This document shows, piece by piece, positions 1 to 10,809 of a DNA stretch of 64,000 bases; positions within the stretch are counted from its first letter, which is position 1; each line of letters starts with the position of its first letter. A program made the translations under genes and the position numbers. This DNA comes from Mobula birostris (lineage: Eukaryota). Under the pieces are notes generated by a model, which saw only the letters and a list, made by a program, of their open reading frames with translations, was not told the origin of the DNA and did no database searches. The stretch spans positions 86,943,921-87,007,920 of the forward strand of contig NC_092383.1 of assembly GCF_030028105.1 (NCBI RefSeq). The letters are read 5' to 3'.

Positions 1-326
1 ATTTCTTTTTTGGAATATATCTGTCTTGCACCTCCTCACTTCTCGCATAAACTCCAGCCACTGCTGCTGTGTCGTCCGTCCCGCTAGTGTCCCTTTCCAG
101 TCAACTTTGGCCAGTTCCTCTCTCATGCCACTGTAATTTCCTTTACTCCACTGAAATACCGACACATCAGATTTCGGCTTCTCTTTCTCAAATTTCACAG
201 TGAACTCAATCATGTTATGATCACTGCCTCCTAAGGGTTCCTTCACCTCAATCTCCCTAATCACCTCTGGTTCATTACATAATACCCAATCCAGCACAGC
301 CGATCCCCTAGTGGGCTCAACAACAA

Positions 327-805
327 ACAACAGGAATTCTGCAGATGCTGGAAATTCAAGCAACACACATCAAAATTGTTGGTAAATGCAGCAGGCCAGG
401 CAGCATCTCTAGGAGGAGGTACAGTCGACGTTTCAGGCCGAGACCCTTCGTCAGGACTAACTGAAGGAAGAGTTAGTAAGGGATTTGAAAGTGGGAGGGG
501 GAGGGGGAGATCCAAAATGATAGGAGAAGACGGGAGGGGGAGGGATGGAGCCAAGAGCTGGACAAGTGATTGGCAAAGGGGATATGAGAGGATCATGGGA
601 CAGGAGGTCCAGGGAGAAAGACGGGGAGGGGGGGGGGGCGGAACCAAAGGATGGGCAAGGGGTATAGTCAGAGGGACAGAGGGAGAAAAAGGAGAGTGAG
701 AGAAAGAATGTGTGTATAAAAATAAATAACAGATGGGGTACGAGGGGGTGGTGGGGCATTAGCGGAAGTTACGAGGGGGAGGTGGGGCATTAGCGGAAGT
801 TTCAA
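327..805 (-). mobile_element. Penelope-like element 3' pLTR fragment inserted into the CR1
   Basis: Reverse complement of the 3' end of the Penelope at 40380-40800. Flanked by a 14-bp TSD gggctcaacaacaa (313-326 and 806-819). Confidence 0.88.
423..458 (-). ncRNA. Minimal type I hammerhead ribozyme motif in the Penelope pLTR
   Basis: Minus strand reads AGUC-CUGACGA-AGG(GUCUCGG)CCU-GAAAC-GUC^GACU. The catalytic core is intact, stem I (AGUC/GACU) and stem II are present, and stem III is the palindromic ACGU typical of PLE hammerheads. Confidence 0.75.
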
Positions 806-3124
806 GGGCTCAACAACAAGCTGTTCTAAAAAGCCATCTCGTAGACATTCTACAAATTCTCTCTCTTGAGATCCAGTGCCGACCTGATTTTCCCAATCCA
901 TTCGAATGTTAAAATCCCCCACAATTATCATAACACTGCCCTTCTGACAAGCCTTTACTATTTCCTGTTGTAATTTGTAGTCCACATCCCTGCAGCTGTT
1001 TGGAGGCCTGTACAGAACTGCCATCAGGATTCTTTTACCCCTGCAATTTCTTAGCTCAACCCGTAAAGATTCTGCACCTTCCAATCCTATGTCACCTCTT
1101 TCTAATGATTTAATATCATTTCTTACCAATAAAGCCACGCCACCCCACTTATCATTCCGATACACCGTATATCCTTGGATGTTCAGCTCCCAGATGCATG
1201 CATCTTTTAGCCACAGTATCATACTTGCCAATCTGTAGCCGTATGACAAGATCATCCGCCTTATTCCTTATGCTGCGTGCATTTAAGTACACATCTCAAG
1301 TCTAGTATTTGGTACTTTTTGCATTGATTGCACTGCAATTCATCCCAATGGCTGCAAATTTGCCCCATCACCTGCCTGTCCTTCCTGACATCTTTATTAC
1401 TCACTATCTTAGATTTATTTCTGTTTTGCCCCTCCTCCGCTCTATCATTCCAGTTCCCATCCCCGTGCCAAATTAGTTTAAACCCCCCCTAACAGCTCTA
1501 TTAAACCTTCCCACCGGTATATTATTCCCCCTTGGGTTCAGGTGTAACCCGTCCTTTTTGAACAGGTCGTACTTCCCCCAGAAGAGATCCCAATGATCCA
1601 AGAATCTGAAGCCCTGCCCCCTGCACCAGTCTCTCAGCCACACATTCATCTGCCTGATCCTACTATTCTTGCCCTCACTAGCATGTGGCACAGTAGCAAT
1701 CCTGAGATTACTATCCTGGAAGTTCTACTTCTCAGCTTCCTTACTAACTCCCAGAAATTTCTCTTCAGGACCTTCTCTCTTTTCCTATCTATGTCATTGG
1801 TACCAACATGTACCAAGACAGCTGGCTGCTCTTTCTCTCCCTTCGGAATATTCTGGACCCGATCCAAGACATCTCATACCCTGTCACCTGGGAGGCAACA
1901 CACCATGTGGGTATCTATATCAGGCTCACAGAATCTTCTGTCTGTTCCCCTGACTATGAAATTCCCTATGACTACCGCATTCCTCTTCTCCCTCCTTCCC
2001 TCCTGCACAACGGCGCCAGGCTCAGTGCCAGAGACCCGGTCACCATGGGCGTCCCCTGTCAGGTCATCCCTCTCCACAGCATCCAGAATGATATATTTGT
2101 TGCTGAGTGGGGCAGCCACAGGGGTGCTCACCACTATCTGGGCATTTTCCTTCCCTCTTCTGACAGTCACCCAGTTTTCTGACTCCTGTAGCATAGGGAT
2201 AACTACCTCCCTGTAGCTCCTGTCTATTACCTCTTCACTTTCCCTAATAAGCAGTAGGTCATCAAGCTGCAGCTCCAGATCCCTAACAAGGTCTCTGAGG
2301 AGCTGCATCTCAGTGCACCTGGCACAGATGTGGACATCAGGGAGGCTGGAGGTCTCCCAGGAACCCACATCTGATACCCTGAACAAAGCACTAACCCTGC
2401 AGACATGCTACCTAATTCTACAGGAATGAAACAAGGAAAAATAAGTCTACTCACCCACTTACCTCGCCAAACACATGAACTTTTTAAACTGTTAGCTCAT
2501 ACTGTTAGCTGTGTGAGTCCTGTTATTCCTCTGTCTGTCCGGCCTGATTCACCAAGGGGAAAAAAAGAGTTGGTCCTTGTTCTGGCCTAAGCCCGTTGAG
2601 CCAAAGCCCTACACTCTGCTGCCATTCACTCCACTGCCCGCTCTGACCATTGCCCGCTGTATAGGGTGGTCTTCTTTTTAAACTCTCTGTGCTGTCCTGT
2701 CTACATCACATGCCTGCGTAGTCTCGTCCTTCTTGTACGCAAAGTTTTTTTAAAAACTGCCTTCCTTCAGAATTTAGCTCTCACGCTGCCCTTCTTGTCC
2801 CGATCCAAAAAAACACCTGTTGGAAGTTGCTTTCTTTTTTCAGATCTCAGCACTAATAAATAAATAAGTGAAACAATTACAGTATACAGTATATATGTGT
2901 ATGTGTGTATATATTACTGTATTACTTCATCACTTATTTTTATTTCTGTTTCTTCACTCATATTTAATCTAACTATTCAATATATATAATTACTGCAATT
3001 CACAGTTTTATGGTTCCATATTATCCTGTATTGCATTGTACTACTGCCACAAGTTAACAAATTTCAAAATATATGCTGATGATATTTAACCTAATTCTGA
3101 TTTATGGAAGCATATTCTCCTCAG

Positions 3125-3445
3125 TTTCAGGTGCATTGCAGGCAAATAAATATGTAAACGGAGTTGTGGGAAGAGCGATCACTATCGATTGTCACTATGA
3201 AGCAAAGTACCGCTCAAACACAAAGTATTGGTGCGATGGATGGATTCACCAATGTTCAGTTGTAGTGGAAACAAATGGGCAACACAGACAGAATGGACGA
3301 GTGTCAATCACAGATAACCCAGAACGGGGAATATTTACTGTTACTATGGAGGATCTTCATTCTGGAGATACAGGATGGTACAGCTGTGGAATTATAACAC
3401 AAGGTTCTGATCCAAGATTTAATGTACATCTAGAAGTATCTGATG
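3125..3445 (+). CDS. Gene A exon: V-type Ig domain of a CD300/CMRF35-like (pIgR-like) receptor
   Basis: Open exon VSGALQANKYVNGVVGRAITIDCHY..KYWCDGWIHQCSVVV..GRVSITDNPERGIFTVTMEDLHSGDTGWYSCG..VHLEVSD. It has the B-strand Cys, WC plus extra Cys (C-C' disulfide of the CD300/pIgR family) and DxGxYxC. Acceptor ctcctcag at 3117-3124, donor gtaag at 3446, phase 1-1, 321 nt. Confidence 0.93.
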
Positions 3446-5600
3446 GTAAGTTTCTCAGTGATTGATTTTATGTCTCCACTGAAATATCTAATCCAAGTTT
3501 TCTTTGGGAACAGTCAGGGTAGCATTGATATCCAAAAGCTCCGTAGCAGTTACAGGTTTCTACGAGGAATGGGCTGGAGTTGGAAACCACATGCATGTTG
3601 ATCTCACCCAATCCAATATTCCACATATATCTAAAAGTAACTGGCGGTATATTTATCAGGGATTGTCTTGCTGTCCCCATTTAAATATCTGATCTGTGTC
3701 TTCACTGCGAAGGGTCAGGACAGCTCTCATATTCTGAGGGTCCACTGCAGTGTTGAGTCCTGAGGGGAGTGGGCAGGTGTCAGGGAAACCCCACTCATTG
3801 TCCTCACCCACTGAATGGACACACCGATTTCCAGTGGGAGGCTGATCACAATTTTCCTGCCTCTGAACTGTATGAAATGCCAATCTGTCAGAGGTTTGCA
3901 TTCAGACTAAAACTAACGATCCGACCGTAACAGATCAGAAAGAAATTTGTTGCTCATTAGATAATTACCTGAAAACTATAAAAATGGAATCATTTCCCAG
4001 AATGCAACAGATTGCATTTAATTCTTCTAAAGTAGGCCAGTCCAATCAATGGCCTATCTCAGGGATCAATCAGTCCCTCCTAGCTCCCACCACCTGTATC
4101 CCCATAAGTGTGCTCTGAGCCCCCACCCCCAGAACCCACTGACCATCCACTCCGAAACATCCAGCCTCTTCATCCACTCATTACCAGTGGGAATCAGATT
4201 AAGTGAAATATGATGAGATCTTGTCCCATCAGAATCCTTTTGTTTTCCTTTATCCATCTTGCCCTTTTACTCCTTGTCATTCCCCTCCACTGCCCTTGTG
4301 CCCACATCCTCTTCTTTTATTCCATGGTCTACTGTCCTCTCCACTCAAATTCCTCTATCTTTAACCCTTTGCCTCTTCCGCCTATCACCTCCCAATTTAT
4401 CATACTATTCTTTTGCCCCACCCCACCTTCCTACTTTCCTCCTCTCACCTAGATTCACCTATCACCTGTCAGCTTATGCTCCTCCTCCTCTCCCCTCATT
4501 CTTTCCAGTCCTGGTGAAGCATCTCAGTCAGAAACATCACACGTGCATTTTCCTCCAGAGATGTTACCTGACCTGCTGAGTTCCTCCAGCTCCTTTGTGT
4601 GGACATCCACCTTCCTGAGACTTCTGGACTTCACCCACTGCCTCCATGCAAACAGCAGCACCAAAGTACTCCCTTGCTGTAGCAGATCACAGAAACCAAA
4701 CACTTTCTCCCAAAACCCTCCAAACATGTGACAGATATCTGACCATCAGAGCAAATACTGGCAATCTCACTGGCAGAAAGAGGTATAGCAACTAAACAAA
4801 TAGTTAATCACTTTTGTCATTTTTCATTGGCTAAGTATTAGCACATCACTCACATGATGTAATTGCTTTAATTATCAAATAATTCATCATTATCTAAGGA
4901 ATTTTCTTTATCACATCCATAAAAGTGGTGGATTTTTCAGAAGCACTATACAGTATTTCATTTCTTTTTATTCCTTTGCATCACACCCTTTAGCATTAAT
5001 TTCCCTCTAGCATCATTTCTCAGCTCTTTATTTGGATTGATTAATATTTGTATGTTTTTTGTACTCTAAAATAAGCAGAAATCTTTGAACTAAGACTGCT
5101 CACACTGAAGTGGATCACTTCACATTTGTCTACAGAATGATGCATCTGCCATTCATTTGCTAATTCTCTGAATCAGTCCAAATCATGCTTAAGAAACTCC
5201 TCACAGTACACATTGTCACCCGGCTTTGTGCCCTCTGCAAACTTGATATATTGCATTTAATTCCCCTGGACTATGCTGTTAATGTACAATGAGATGAGTT
5301 GGGTTTCCAGCACTGAATACAACAGTTTTCCTCTATAAACTCGCTGCCAGTCAAAAGCAGAGCTCTTCATTCCTGCTGTTTGAATTCTGTCTGTCAACTG
5401 GTTCTCTATCCATATTAGTCCTCTACTCCACCTGCTTTAATCTGACATGCTAATCCATCGTGTCGGACCTTATCAAAAGCTTTCTGGAAATCCAAACACA
5501 CAACATCGACGGACTTGCCGTCATTATTCTGCAGGCTATCTTCTCATCTACTTGCACAGGGAAGCTGTTGAAACTGGATTTTCTCTCCTTATCTCTACAG

Positions 5601-5760
5601 AATCTGGATACATTTCTAAAACTTCTGTAACAGAATCAGTGAGGACTTCACATTCTGAAACTTCTGTAACAGATTCAACAAGGACTTCACATTCTGAAAC
5701 TTCAGAAATAAGAGTCAATGATACTCGAAGAAAAAACATACAATCCATTTCTGCCAAAAG
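5601..5760 (+). CDS. Gene A exon: Ser/Thr-rich (mucin-like) stalk
   Basis: Acceptor ctccttatctctacag, then in-frame (phase 1) ESGYISKTSVTESVRTSHSETSVTDSTRTSHSETSEIRVNDTRRKNIQSISAK, then donor gtacaa at 5761 (phase 2). A paralogous exon lies at 22685. Confidence 0.82.
5621..5698 (+). repeat. 2 x 39-bp coding tandem repeat (TSVTESVRTSHSE / TSVTDSTRTSHSE) in the stalk exon
   Basis: Units 5621-5659 and 5660-5698, read directly. Confidence 0.9.
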
Positions 5761-7554
5761 GTACAATGTTCTCATTTGTCAACGTTTTGATTGACACTAC
5801 TGCCATGCAAGATATGTGATGTTATTGGTGGTGATTGCTTGCGGAGGGTGGGGAATGGGAGGGGCAGGAGGAGGGCGGTACACTCACCTTTCTTTGCTGG
5901 CATTGTACCTGTGAGAGTATTGACTTCAAACATACTGAAATAATGGGAGAGACCTATGCACTGCTCTTTCTCACACATTTCAATCCTGAGGCTCCAAGGT
6001 AAATATTTGTGTTGATTTAAACATGAAAGTTGAAAGCGTTATTTTAGAATCTCACTTATCAAAATGGAAACAGTGCTGGATTTGCATCCGGCTGATTTGC
6101 TCATTGAGAAATAAGAGCGGATTCCTCCCTTTGTCACTCCTCAGAGGATGTACGGCTTGATGTCGGTTGTATTTGTCAAATCTCAGCAATGCTGCTTTGC
6201 CTTGCCATGACCGACTCTGATGTGACCCTGATGGCAAATTTCATGGTCGGTTAAGATAACACTGCTGGTCACTGCATCTGCTGGAAAGTTGTTCCTGGGG
6301 AGTGGGCATAGGTGAGGTCAGTATTACTGCCCTGGACTACACAGCATTAATATAGGGTTACCTTGAAGATATGTTAAAGTAAAAAGACAATTTGGCTCAG
6401 GCAGTCCAATAGTAGATGTCACCCTAGAATCTTTTGTTTGCCTCCCTATCTTGTCTTGGTATGCCTAAAGGGCTTTTTCCCCAGACATAAACAGAATGTT
6501 GCCATGCAGGTTGATAGGGTGGTTAACAAAGAACATTGTGTGTTGGCTTTTATTAGTTGTGGGACTGAATTTAAGAGGCTTGAGGTAATTTGCAACTCTA
6601 TAAAACTCTGATTCATCCACACTTGGAGTATTGTGTTCAGTTCTAGTCACCTCAGTACAGGAAAGATGGAAAAGCTTTAGAAGAGATTTACCAGGCTGCT
6701 GCCTGGTATAGACAACATATTTTATGAGAATGCGATGAGTGAGCTAGGGATTTTCTCAGTGGACAAAAAGAGGTTAAGAGGTGACTTGATAGAGATGATA
6801 GGAGGTATTAGTAGATTCAACAATCAGCATCTTTTTTCCTCGGGTTTTTTTCCGCTAGCAATTTTCCCACTTTCAAGGATTCATCATCTCACGTTCTTGA
6901 TAGTTATTGCTTATATATTTATTATTATTTCTTCCTTTATGTGTTTGCACAGTTTGCTGTGTTCTGCACCCTGATAGAACACCCAAGTTTGGTGGTCTTT
7001 TATTGATTATGTTTTGGTTATTATTCTATAGATTTATTGATTATGCCCACAAGAAAAATGAATCTCAATGTTGTATATCGTGAGGTATATATTTACATTG
7101 AACTTTGAACTTTAATATAAGGGGACATAAGGGGAAAGTATAGGTGGGTTATCAGATGTATGTCTTTTACACAGAGAGTGGCAAGTGCTGGAACTTGCTG
7201 CTGGGGTACTAGTAGAGACAAGTACATTTGGGAGATTTAAGATAGGCACATGAAGAAGGAAATATGAAGGGCTAGGTGGGAGGGAAGTGTTAGATTGATA
7301 TTGAAATAGGTTAAAGGGCCAGCACAACATGGTGGGCCGAAGTGCCTATACTTGGTTGTACTGTTCTATGTTCTATCTGCTTTTCCCTTACATATTTGGT
7401 TTTCTTCTTATTTGTTAACTTCTCTATTATCATCATAAAATGCATTTTACGTTGCTCACTTCATCTTAACTTCCCTACATGTTCTGGTTGATTTACCCTC
7501 TAAATCAGGGGTTCACAACCTGTGGTCCATGGACCCCTTGCTTAATAGTATTGG

Positions 7555-8085
7555 TACATAGAACCATAGAATCATAGAACATTACAGCACAGAAACAGGC
7601 CTTTTGGCCCTTCTTGGCTGTGCCAAACCATTTTTCTGCCTAGTCCCACTGACCTGCACCTGGACCATATCCTTCCATGCACCTCTCATCCATGTACCTG
7701 TCCAATTTTTTCTTAAATGTTGAAAGTGAGCCTGCATTTACCACTTCATCTGGCAGCTCATTCCACACTCCCACCACTCTCTGTATGAAGAAGCCCCCCC
7801 TAATGTTCCCTTTAAACTTTTCCCTCTTCACCCTTAACCCATGTCCTCTGTTTTTTTCTCCCCTAGCCTCAGTGGAAAAAGCCTGCTTGCATTCACTCTA
7901 TCTATACCCATCATAATTTTATATATCTCTATCAAATCTCCCCTCATTCTTCTACACTCCAGGGAATAAAGTCCTAACCTATTCAACCTTTCTCTGTAAC
8001 TGAGTTTCTCAAGTCCTGGCAACATCCTTGTAAACCTTCTCTGCACTCTTTCAACTTTATTAATATCCTTCCTGTAATTTGGTGA
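7555..8085 (-). mobile_element. CR1 LINE 3' fragment
   Basis: ORFs 7834-8175 and 7640-7831 (SPNYRKDINKVERVQRRFTRMLPGL, GGFFIQRVVGVWNELP), plus the ctatg-type tail at about 7560. Confidence 0.9.
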
Positions 8086-8668
8086 CCATAAAAAAGTTTG
8101 GAACCCCTGCTCTAAGTACTCAAATTTGCAAATTCCCTTCATGGTCTCTTTAATCATGGTGTTATGAGTGAGCATGCCCTCAAGCGACTAACTCTCAACC
8201 ATATGTCTTTGGAATATGGAAGGAAACTGGAGCACCCAAAGGAACCTCATGTAGTTTTAGCGAGAATGTACAAACTCTTTACAAATAGTGGCAGGAATTT
8301 AACCCAATGGTACAGCTGACTGTTGTTAATCATTGGATCATGTCAATGACATTACATTGTCCCCAGGCTCATTGTTACCCAACCTCATTGTTTCCTTCCC
8401 TGCCATTTCTAAATCTATCTCCATTATCTACTGTTGCATCATACAGTATCTGCAGTCGTGTTTCCACAATTATGTCTCCAAATGATGATCACAGGTTATC
8501 TTCCCTCCGTCAGTCCAGCATGAGATTAATCTCCCAGCTGAACTTCCCTGGCCTTGCTGCTTTTATTGCTCCACTTCACTAATTTCACAGAGGAACCAAG
8601 TAAATATTTCAAACCCCAAGATGTTTCCTGTTCTCCCACTGATTCAGTGTCTCTTCCCCTTTGTTCAG

Positions 8669-8759
8669 TTACATGATATGGAAAGTGGGACGCTGGCTGT
8701 TCTTTGCTCTGCTGGGGATCTGGACAGTCGCTGTCACATGGTTCACAAGAGACAAAAGG
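8669..8759 (+). CDS. Gene A exon: transmembrane segment
   Basis: Acceptor ctcttcccctttgttcag, phase 2 in frame with the stalk: (S)YMIWKVGRWLFFALLGIWTVAVTWFTRDKR, donor gtaagt at 8760. A 91-nt paralog lies at 31719-31809. Not in the supplied ORF track. Confidence 0.88.
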
Positions 8760-9555
8760 GTAAGTCTAGGTCAGTAGATGCTCCCGAATGGTTTCCATGA
8801 ATTTGAACATAGAACATTGAACATTACAGCACAGGAAATGTCCTTCGGCCCACCATTTTGTGCTGACCTCTTAACCTACTCTAGGATCAATCTATCCTTA
8901 CTCTCCTATACAGCCTTCAAATTTTCTGTGATCCATGCATCTTTGAAAGAGTTTCTTAAATGTCGCTAATGTATCTGCCTCTACCACCAACCCTGGTAGG
9001 ATCCTTCATGCACCCACATCTCTGTTTAAAAACTTTCCTCTGACATTCCCGCGATGCGCTTCTCCAATTACCTTGAATTATTCCCCCTCGTATTAGACAT
9101 TTCTGCCCTTCAAAAATGCCTCAGGCTAAGCAATCAATATACGATTCTTATCTTGTACACCTCTATCAATGTAAAGTACCTGCCATCCTTCTTCACTCCA
9201 AATTCATTCAAATATGCTGGCTATTTAAAGGTAAAAAAACATTCACAAATGAACTTCTAACCTTTTGTCCACCCAAAGCTGCATGAGGATGATATTCTGG
9301 AAGCAGCTTTTCACACTCTGTTCATGTGTAGAATGAAGTGCAGTACTCAACAAGAAAATATATTGGACACCGAATTTCAGACAGAATTATGTTGCGAGGT
9401 GCTCACATGAAATATAAATCAAAGTCAACGTCCACTTTATTGTCCAATGCACAAGCACGTGTATGCATCAGTGCAACGAGTGCAACATCACAGGTGCATA
9501 GAATCATACAGTATTGCATGGTTCCCTGTGTCAATCAATCTGATAATTTCACTTT

Positions 9556-9724
9556 AAAATTGCTGGTGAACGCAGCAGGCCAGGCAGCATCTCTAGGAAG
9601 AGGTACAGTTGACCTGAAACGTCGACTGTACCTCTTCCTAGAGATGCTGCCTGGCCTGCTGTGTTCACCAGCAACTTTGATGTGTGTTGCTTGAAGTTCC
9701 AGTATCTGCAGAATTCCTGTTGTT
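9556..9724 (+). mobile_element. Short Penelope-derived insertion with an inverted (fold-back) head
   Basis: 15-bp TSD tgataatttcacttt (9541-9555 and 9725-9739). Inverted arms 9560-9613 and 9621-9674. Confidence 0.85.
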
Positions 9725-9750
9725 TGATAATTTCACTTTTGCTTTTATAG

Positions 9751-9846
9751 AGATCTGATCAATCAGATCCTCGCAGACTGGTCCAAGAGAAAAAGAGAAG
9801 GATCCCAGATTACACTGATCGTGGGCGAGTGTTGCACCAAGATTAA
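9751..9846 (+). CDS. Gene A probable last coding exon: short cytoplasmic tail
   Basis: Acceptor ttttgcttttatag, phase 0: RSDQSDPRRLVQEKKRRIPDYTDRGRVLHQD-stop (TAA 9844-9846). A homologous acceptor and exon start (SGNVSDPHNLVH-stop) occur at 32065 downstream of the paralogous TM exon. Confidence 0.65.
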   Translation, partial: RSDQSDPRRLVQEKKRRIPDYTDRGRVLHQD

Positions 9847-10809
9847 GTATTCATTACTCATCCGCCCTGTAGAGAATTGATCTCTTGTTATTATATCACA
9901 GAATTGCATTGCTGAAGGTGAAGTCGAACAAAATAATCTTATCATGCTTCAAGTTGGTGGTCTTGCTTAATAGAAATCTGCTTACAACACTTCACCCACA
10001 CTGATCTGAATATTATGACATTGTCTCTTGATTTCCTGCATAAACCCAGCATCAATTTTTAAGCTTTGTATGATCATGAACTGCTCAAAATTCTTTTACC
10101 ATGTTAATATCTCTTCTCGGGCTTCCATCCAGGTACGGGAATCGATGATAACCAATGTTTCGATGACAAGCTCTGCCATCTTCTTCATCATCCCTGGAGT
10201 TGGCAGATTTTGTTATCAAAATGTCAGCTGTAATTGATACCAGTACCTGATTGAAGCCAGAGAAAAGTTTATTCGTCATATATGCCTGGAAAACAAGAGA
10301 TCCTTTTCCATGTTAAAATCTGTTCAATAGATTCAAATTACTGTGTTCCTGTTGTTTATTTCAACAAACAATTCCTAATACATGAATGAAAATGCTTCTT
10401 CATTAAAATTTGTTTTCACAGAAAAATATATCATTTGTTCTGTTTAGAATATAATTTCACTCATAAATTCAGGGTACTAGATTTTCCTTAAGGTGTCAGT
10501 GGTTTAAAACTTTTTTTGAGCGGGAATCAAATAATCTTCAGATCATGATATCCCAATGGAATGATTTTATTGAAAAACATTGACCTGAAATATTAGCTTT
10601 GTTATTCTCCTTGTAGTTGCCGGCTGACCTGTTGAGTATTTCCATCATCTGCAGATTTCATTTCAGACAGGCACACATTTTCCTCATATATTCAGGAATA
10701 TTATTACACAGAGTAATACTGCAATGTTATTCACATTGAGCACAATTATCGACACTGTACAAAGATCTTAAGGACACTGATCAATGGAAAGTAATGCTGG
10801 GTCCTGAAT

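Larger units (their letters stand above)
1..2850 (-). mobile_element. CR1-clade LINE, 5' part (5' UTR, ORF1 with Cys-rich/coiled-coil region and SGNH esterase, start of ORF2 APE endonuclease); antisense, probably in the first intron of gene A; runs off the window start
   Basis: Minus ORFs: 1874-2386 (HICARC..LELQLDDL), 1646-1867 and 1473-1691 (VHVGTNDI, DGLHLN esterase motifs), 668-1255 (YRNDKWGGVALLV, VGDFN endonuclease motifs). Frameshifted and degraded. Confidence 0.9.

Noticed and set aside
261-759. Pro/Gly-rich ORFs here and at 40408-40908
   Set aside because: Spurious translations of the low-complexity Penelope pLTR.
3073-3124. In-frame ATG at 3073 giving a hydrophobic N-terminus that could replace the leader exon of gene A
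   Set aside because: The sequence derives from an intronic repeat, is not conserved upstream of the paralogous V exon, and a good acceptor lies at 3123-3124. It is not excluded without transcript data.
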